The position numbers and the translations under genes are program-made. From assembly GCF_963676685.1 (NCBI RefSeq), contig NC_092353.1:60078001-60142000 (forward strand): DNA of 64,000 nt, in the 5' to 3' direction. Below are positions 60,301-64,000 of this stretch, piece after piece (position 1 is the first letter of the stretch; each line of letters begins with the position of its first letter). The notes below the pieces were generated by a model. The model was given only the letters and a program-made list of their open reading frames with translations, searched no databases and was not told the DNA's origin. The stretch comes from Mytilus edulis. Lineage: Eukaryota.

Positions 60301-61742
60301 GCCTAGGCGCTACACCCTTGTATATGTCCGACGGTTGCCTGGAGTCTAATTATCATAGAACTCTTGATCCTCTAAATGCAGCATGTTACTATGGTTTATT
60401 ACAAGTTGTAGAACTATTAGTACAGTCTGGTATTGACGTCAATTTAGACAACTATCATGAATTTCCAGTGTATGTTGCAACATATAATGGATATTATGAG
60501 ATCGTAAAATACTTAGCTGAAAACGGAGCAGATGTCAATGCTTTTAAATCCGGATTTACAATCTTAAATCCCAGTGTACCACCCTTATATATAGCATCAA
60601 TAAAGGGATATTCCGCTATAGCTAAATGTCTCATTCAAAACGGTGCAGACGTGAATATACCTTTACATAGTGAAATGACAGCTTTATTTAGAGCTTCAGT
60701 AGGGGGTTACATAGAAATTTTAAAAATGCTTGTAGAAATCGGTGCAGACGTCAACTTTTGCAACTTTCGTAACAAATCACCACTGTGTGCTGCTTCAGAA
60801 GAAGGCCATTTAGATATTGTTTTGTATTTGATACAGAGCGGTAGCGATATCAACTTGTGTGACGTGTATGGCAAATCACCACTTTTAGCGTCAATAGAAA
60901 CTGGTCACTTTGATATAGTAAAGCTTTTGGTGGACTATGGGTGTAAAATAAATTCTCAGTTAACTGGTAACATTTTGCCACTTACCTCTGCATTAATGCA
61001 AGGAAATGTCGAAATAGCAACCTATCTTATCCAAACGGGTGCAGATTATAACATGCAAAATGAATATGGAGTGACGTCTATACAACTTGCTCTATGGAAG
61101 AATCATACAGAAATACTGCACCATATTATAGCACTTGAAAACAAAAATAAACCGCAAAGTGGCAATCTCAAATTATATCAGCTGTTAGTAAACATGCATA
61201 AGTTTGAAATATATCCGGAGACCGTTCCTTGTACAAATGAATGCGTCAAAGCCGAAGGACTGAACTATAACGAGCATCGTCTAGCTCTTCTATCATTCAT
61301 TTCAAGAGGTTCTAATGGGGATGATTTAAAGCACTTATTAAAGCTTGGACTAGGCAGTAAATTTCATGCTGAAAAGTTAGACTCTCTCCTATATTATATT
61401 ATAACGGAGGCAGGCGTGACAAAACGTGTTGATAAAGTGCAATCATTACTTGACTTTGGCATACCATCAGATTTTTGGGATTACATATATGTATTTCTTT
61501 TAAAACAAGCAACAACAGTTTTTGAACAAAAGAAAACGGTTTGGAATAAAATATCCTTGAAGTGGTTAAACAACACTAAAGAAATGTTGATGACGTTCGT
61601 TCTGGATATTTCACGGGGTGGACCAAATTCAATTTCAAGGAAGCATCTACATGACTGCAAAATGTTTGAATTTGATGTCGAAGTATATTCTTCCATAATT
61701 TCTTTACTTAAACAACGGACAAGAAGATTATCTATTAAATAA
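51366..61742 (+). CDS. TM anchor - DZIP3-like HEPN - coiled coil - STAND (nSTAND3-type) NTPase - ankyrin repeat protein (~1270 aa if fully spliced)
   Basis: Exons 51366-51471 (hydrophobic helix; joining inferred from phase), 55510-55701 (EEINFLRI...ALRFIFD...ILFP), 55974-56218 (DFDSSLLYKLIRN...PPTSGW...DIERIRCYRNKIAH...FLKQW), 57769-~58030 (heptad coiled coil), 58732-61742. The donor of the coiled-coil exon is not canonical (see findings). Confidence 0.7.
51610..51745. repeat. Imperfect hairpin repeat
   Basis: AGTGAAAATGGGATATTGCTTGATA pairs with TATCAAGCGATATCCAATTTTCACT. Confidence 0.6.
52854..53003. repeat. Imperfect hairpin repeat
   Basis: AGAATAACCATACATTGTCTCGAAATAT pairs with ATATTTCGAGACAATGTATGGTTATTCT. 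Confidence 0.75.
53899..55039 (-). mobile_element. Internally deleted hAT transposon (ZNF862/TTF-zinc-finger type N-terminus)
   Basis: TIR CAG(G/T)GGTCGAA(T/A)TTA; 8-bp TSD CCCTGGAA (53891-53898, 55040-55047); TACTGGTCC subterminal repeats; ORF remnant MWKFL...RKRKYQKSWEKDREWLHY...MNCTIC. Confidence 0.88.
53915..54482. mobile_element. Kolobok-type MITE nested in the hAT element
   Basis: Long TIR GGTTCATGTGGACCCTATGGCTAAAATGGCCGTATTTTCACCTCAAAAT; TTAA on both sides. Confidence 0.88.
58732..61742 (+). CDS. Terminal exon: P-loop STAND NTPase + winged-helix region + ~8-10 ankyrin repeats
   Basis: Uninterrupted ~1000-codon frame after acceptor ttaag. Walker A GGPGSGKT (58851-58874), Walker B VFLLDDILG, LLLTCR, FPFLC, FIHDSIYE. 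Ankyrin units PLNAACYYG, PVYVATYNG, PLYIASIKG, ALFRASVGG, PLCAASEEG, PLLASIETG, PLTSALMQG, SIQLALWKN. Confidence 0.92.
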
Positions 61743-62994
61743 TATCTTTTATACGTTGCAATCTACACGATCAAAATTGATCTTCTTCTACTTTCAAGTC
61801 TTCGTCTATTTCGGCTACTAGTACAACAAGTTGCTGATAGTTATAATACTACTATGATTACTACTACTTCTGAAACTTATACTAAGCGCAGTGCTACTTC
61901 TCCAAATGCCTATACCTACAACAATTAGTACTAATAGAATGGTGGAATGCAGACTATGTAAGCGTTTGAAACCAGTTTGATTCATAACTGTCCAACCAAA
62001 TCACATTTTTATAATATTTTATCTTTCACGTTGCAAAGATAAAAACACGCCAGCTAGTTCTATATCAACAATATCAGAGGAATTCGAAATTCAGTTCATA
62101 TTACTTGTAGAATGAATAAAAAACTAAAAAATCAAATATAGAAGATTAATAAAAATTCTTATACCTTACATATATTATAAACAATTCTCTTTGGTTAAAA
62201 GTGATCACGTGACATTGAATAAGTCAGTTAAATTTCATTCAATTGCAAGGAAAGTCGAATAACTTAAAAAATTTACACCAGCGATAAATAACCTTATTAT
62301 TCACCGAATAACCTTTTTCAGTTTTTTGATTTTGTTTTGATGAAAATGACGTCACAGACGCAAATAAACAAAATGGCAACGTTCCAGTTACAGGTTACAC
62401 ATTGATCGAGAGAAAACGAAATATGGGGTTTGACATGCATCTTGTGGCGATGATATCTCTAATTACGGTCCTTTACAGGGTAATCACTATTTTACCAAAA
62501 CAAATCTACCTTTGCTGTACATACGAGAATTCTAAGACATATTTAAATTACAGGTATTTTTGAGCGTCAACTTATGTTTGTTATAGACTTAAGAAGGGGA
62601 AAGTGCTGTTACAATGATTCAAAATACCCTTCCCCTGTCAGTTTAATATAATGAAGAAGTTGTGGTCCCTTAGAAGCGATGACTATCCGAAATTGACAAC
62701 ACTAAGTGAAATAATCTTCTCGAGTTGACAATTTTGGATATTCACCTTTTTAACGGGCTATAAATGTATTAAATTCAAGAATTCAGAATTGTTTGATCAC
62801 GAGTTAAATACTGATTAATATTCAATTGTTTTGGGGTTATTTTTTCATGATATCGACAATGAAATTTTAAACAGAAATGAACAGGAACATGAAGGAAAAT
62901 TGTCTCTTTAACAATTTTGATTTGTAGTCATCGACAACTTCATGACAAAAGAAGAGCAAAATTATCGAATTTATTTCACATGTGAAATCATAGG

Positions 62995-64000
62995 TTTTTG
63001 TCGAGCCTGCAACTTTTGTTGCAGAAAGCTCGACATAGGGATAGTGATCCGGCGGCGGCTACGGCGGCTACGGTGGCGGCGTTAGCTAACTTCTTAAAAG
63101 GTTTATATTTTAGAAAGTGAAAGACCTGGATGCTTCATACTTTGTATATAGATGCCTCATGTTACGAAGTTTCCGTCAGTCACATGTCCAATGTCCTTGA
63201 CCTCATTTTCATGGTTCAGTGACCACTTGAAAAAAAAGTTCAGAATTTTTGTAATGTTGAATTCTCTCTTATTATAAGTAATTGGATAACTATATTTGGT
63301 ATGTGCGTACCTTGCAAGTTCCTCATGCCCGTCAGACAGTTTTCATTTGACCTCGACCTCATTTCATGGATCAGTGAACAAGGTTAAGTTTTGGTGGTCA
63401 AGTCCATATCTTAGATACTATGAGCAAAATAGGCTAGTATATTTGGTGTATGGAAGGACTGGAAGGTGTACATGTCCAACTGGCAGGTGTCATCTGACCT
63501 TGACCTCATTTTCATGGTTCAGTGGTTATAGTTAAGTTTTGTGTTTTGGTCTGTTTTTCTCATACTTTATGCAATAGGTCTACTATATTTGTTGTATGGA
63601 ATGATTGTAAGGTGTGCATGTCTAGCGGGCAGATGTCATGTGACCTTGACCTCATTTTCATGGTTCAGTGGTCAAAGTTAAGTTTTTAAGTTTTGGTCTT
63701 TTCATCTAATATTATATGCCAAAGGTCAGCTATATTTGGTGTATGGAAATATATTATGATCTATATGTCAGTCCCGCAGGTTTATTTGACCATGACCTCA
63801 ATTGCACGGTTCATTGCACAGTGTTAAGTTTTTGTGTTTTGGTCTATTTTTCTTAAACTATAAGTAATAGGTCAACTATATTTGTTGTATGGAAGCTTTG
63901 TTAGCTGTACATGTCTACCTGGCATGGTTCATCTGATCTTGACCTCATTTTCATGGTTCATTGGTCTTTGTTTAGCTATCTTGGTTAATGTTAAGTTTAT
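62995..64000 (+). mobile_element. HINE/Helentron-type element with ~147-bp tandem array (runs off the window)
   Basis: TTTTTGTCGAGC...GCTCGACA hairpin, a GGC microsatellite, then GACCTCATTTTCATGGTTCA repeated at ~63200, 63355, 63502, 63648, 63794 and 63941. Confidence 0.8.

Noticed and set aside
8016-61742. eEF2 paralog, GST, receptor and HEPN-STAND gene as one functional cluster (e.g. toxin plus resistant target)
   Set aside because: Attractive, but the genes are spread over 54 kb of TE-rich DNA, and linkage alone is not evidence in an animal genome; it would need conserved synteny and co-expression.

Overview
AT-rich, intron-containing animal genomic DNA, most likely a bivalve such as Mytilus (inferred from the repeat families and the Pi-class GST, not proven). 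Four genes were assembled by hand from GT-AG splice sites. (1) An intact 14-exon, 840-aa eEF2 paralog (-, 8016-15695) in which the eEF2K site Thr56 is Met, the S595-P596/H599 loop is T-A/L, and the diphthamide loop is remodelled ([16 protein letters not shown]). Its promoter has TATA+Inr, a perfect heat-shock element and C/EBP- and kB-like sites, and no 5'TOP, so it is a candidate stress-inducible, shut-off/toxin-resistant back-up elongation factor. (2) A divergently oriented 206-aa Pi-class GST (+, 19948-25133). (3) An orphan ~510-aa type I membrane protein (-, 37474-44085). (4) A TM-HEPN(RNKIAH)-coiled coil-STAND NTPase-ankyrin gene (+, 51366-61742), an NLR/Avs-like RNase effector candidate whose last splice donor is missing. 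The rest of the window is rich in mobile DNA: a 355-bp tandem array with three type I hammerhead ribozymes (retrozyme), many TIR elements with clear TSDs (Kolobok-, MULE-, hAT-, Harbinger-, Ginger-, Tc1-like, some nested three deep), a 367-bp near-perfect palindrome, 24-50 bp palindromic insertions with 7-bp TSDs, Helentron-type (HINE) elements, SINEs and LINE remnants.
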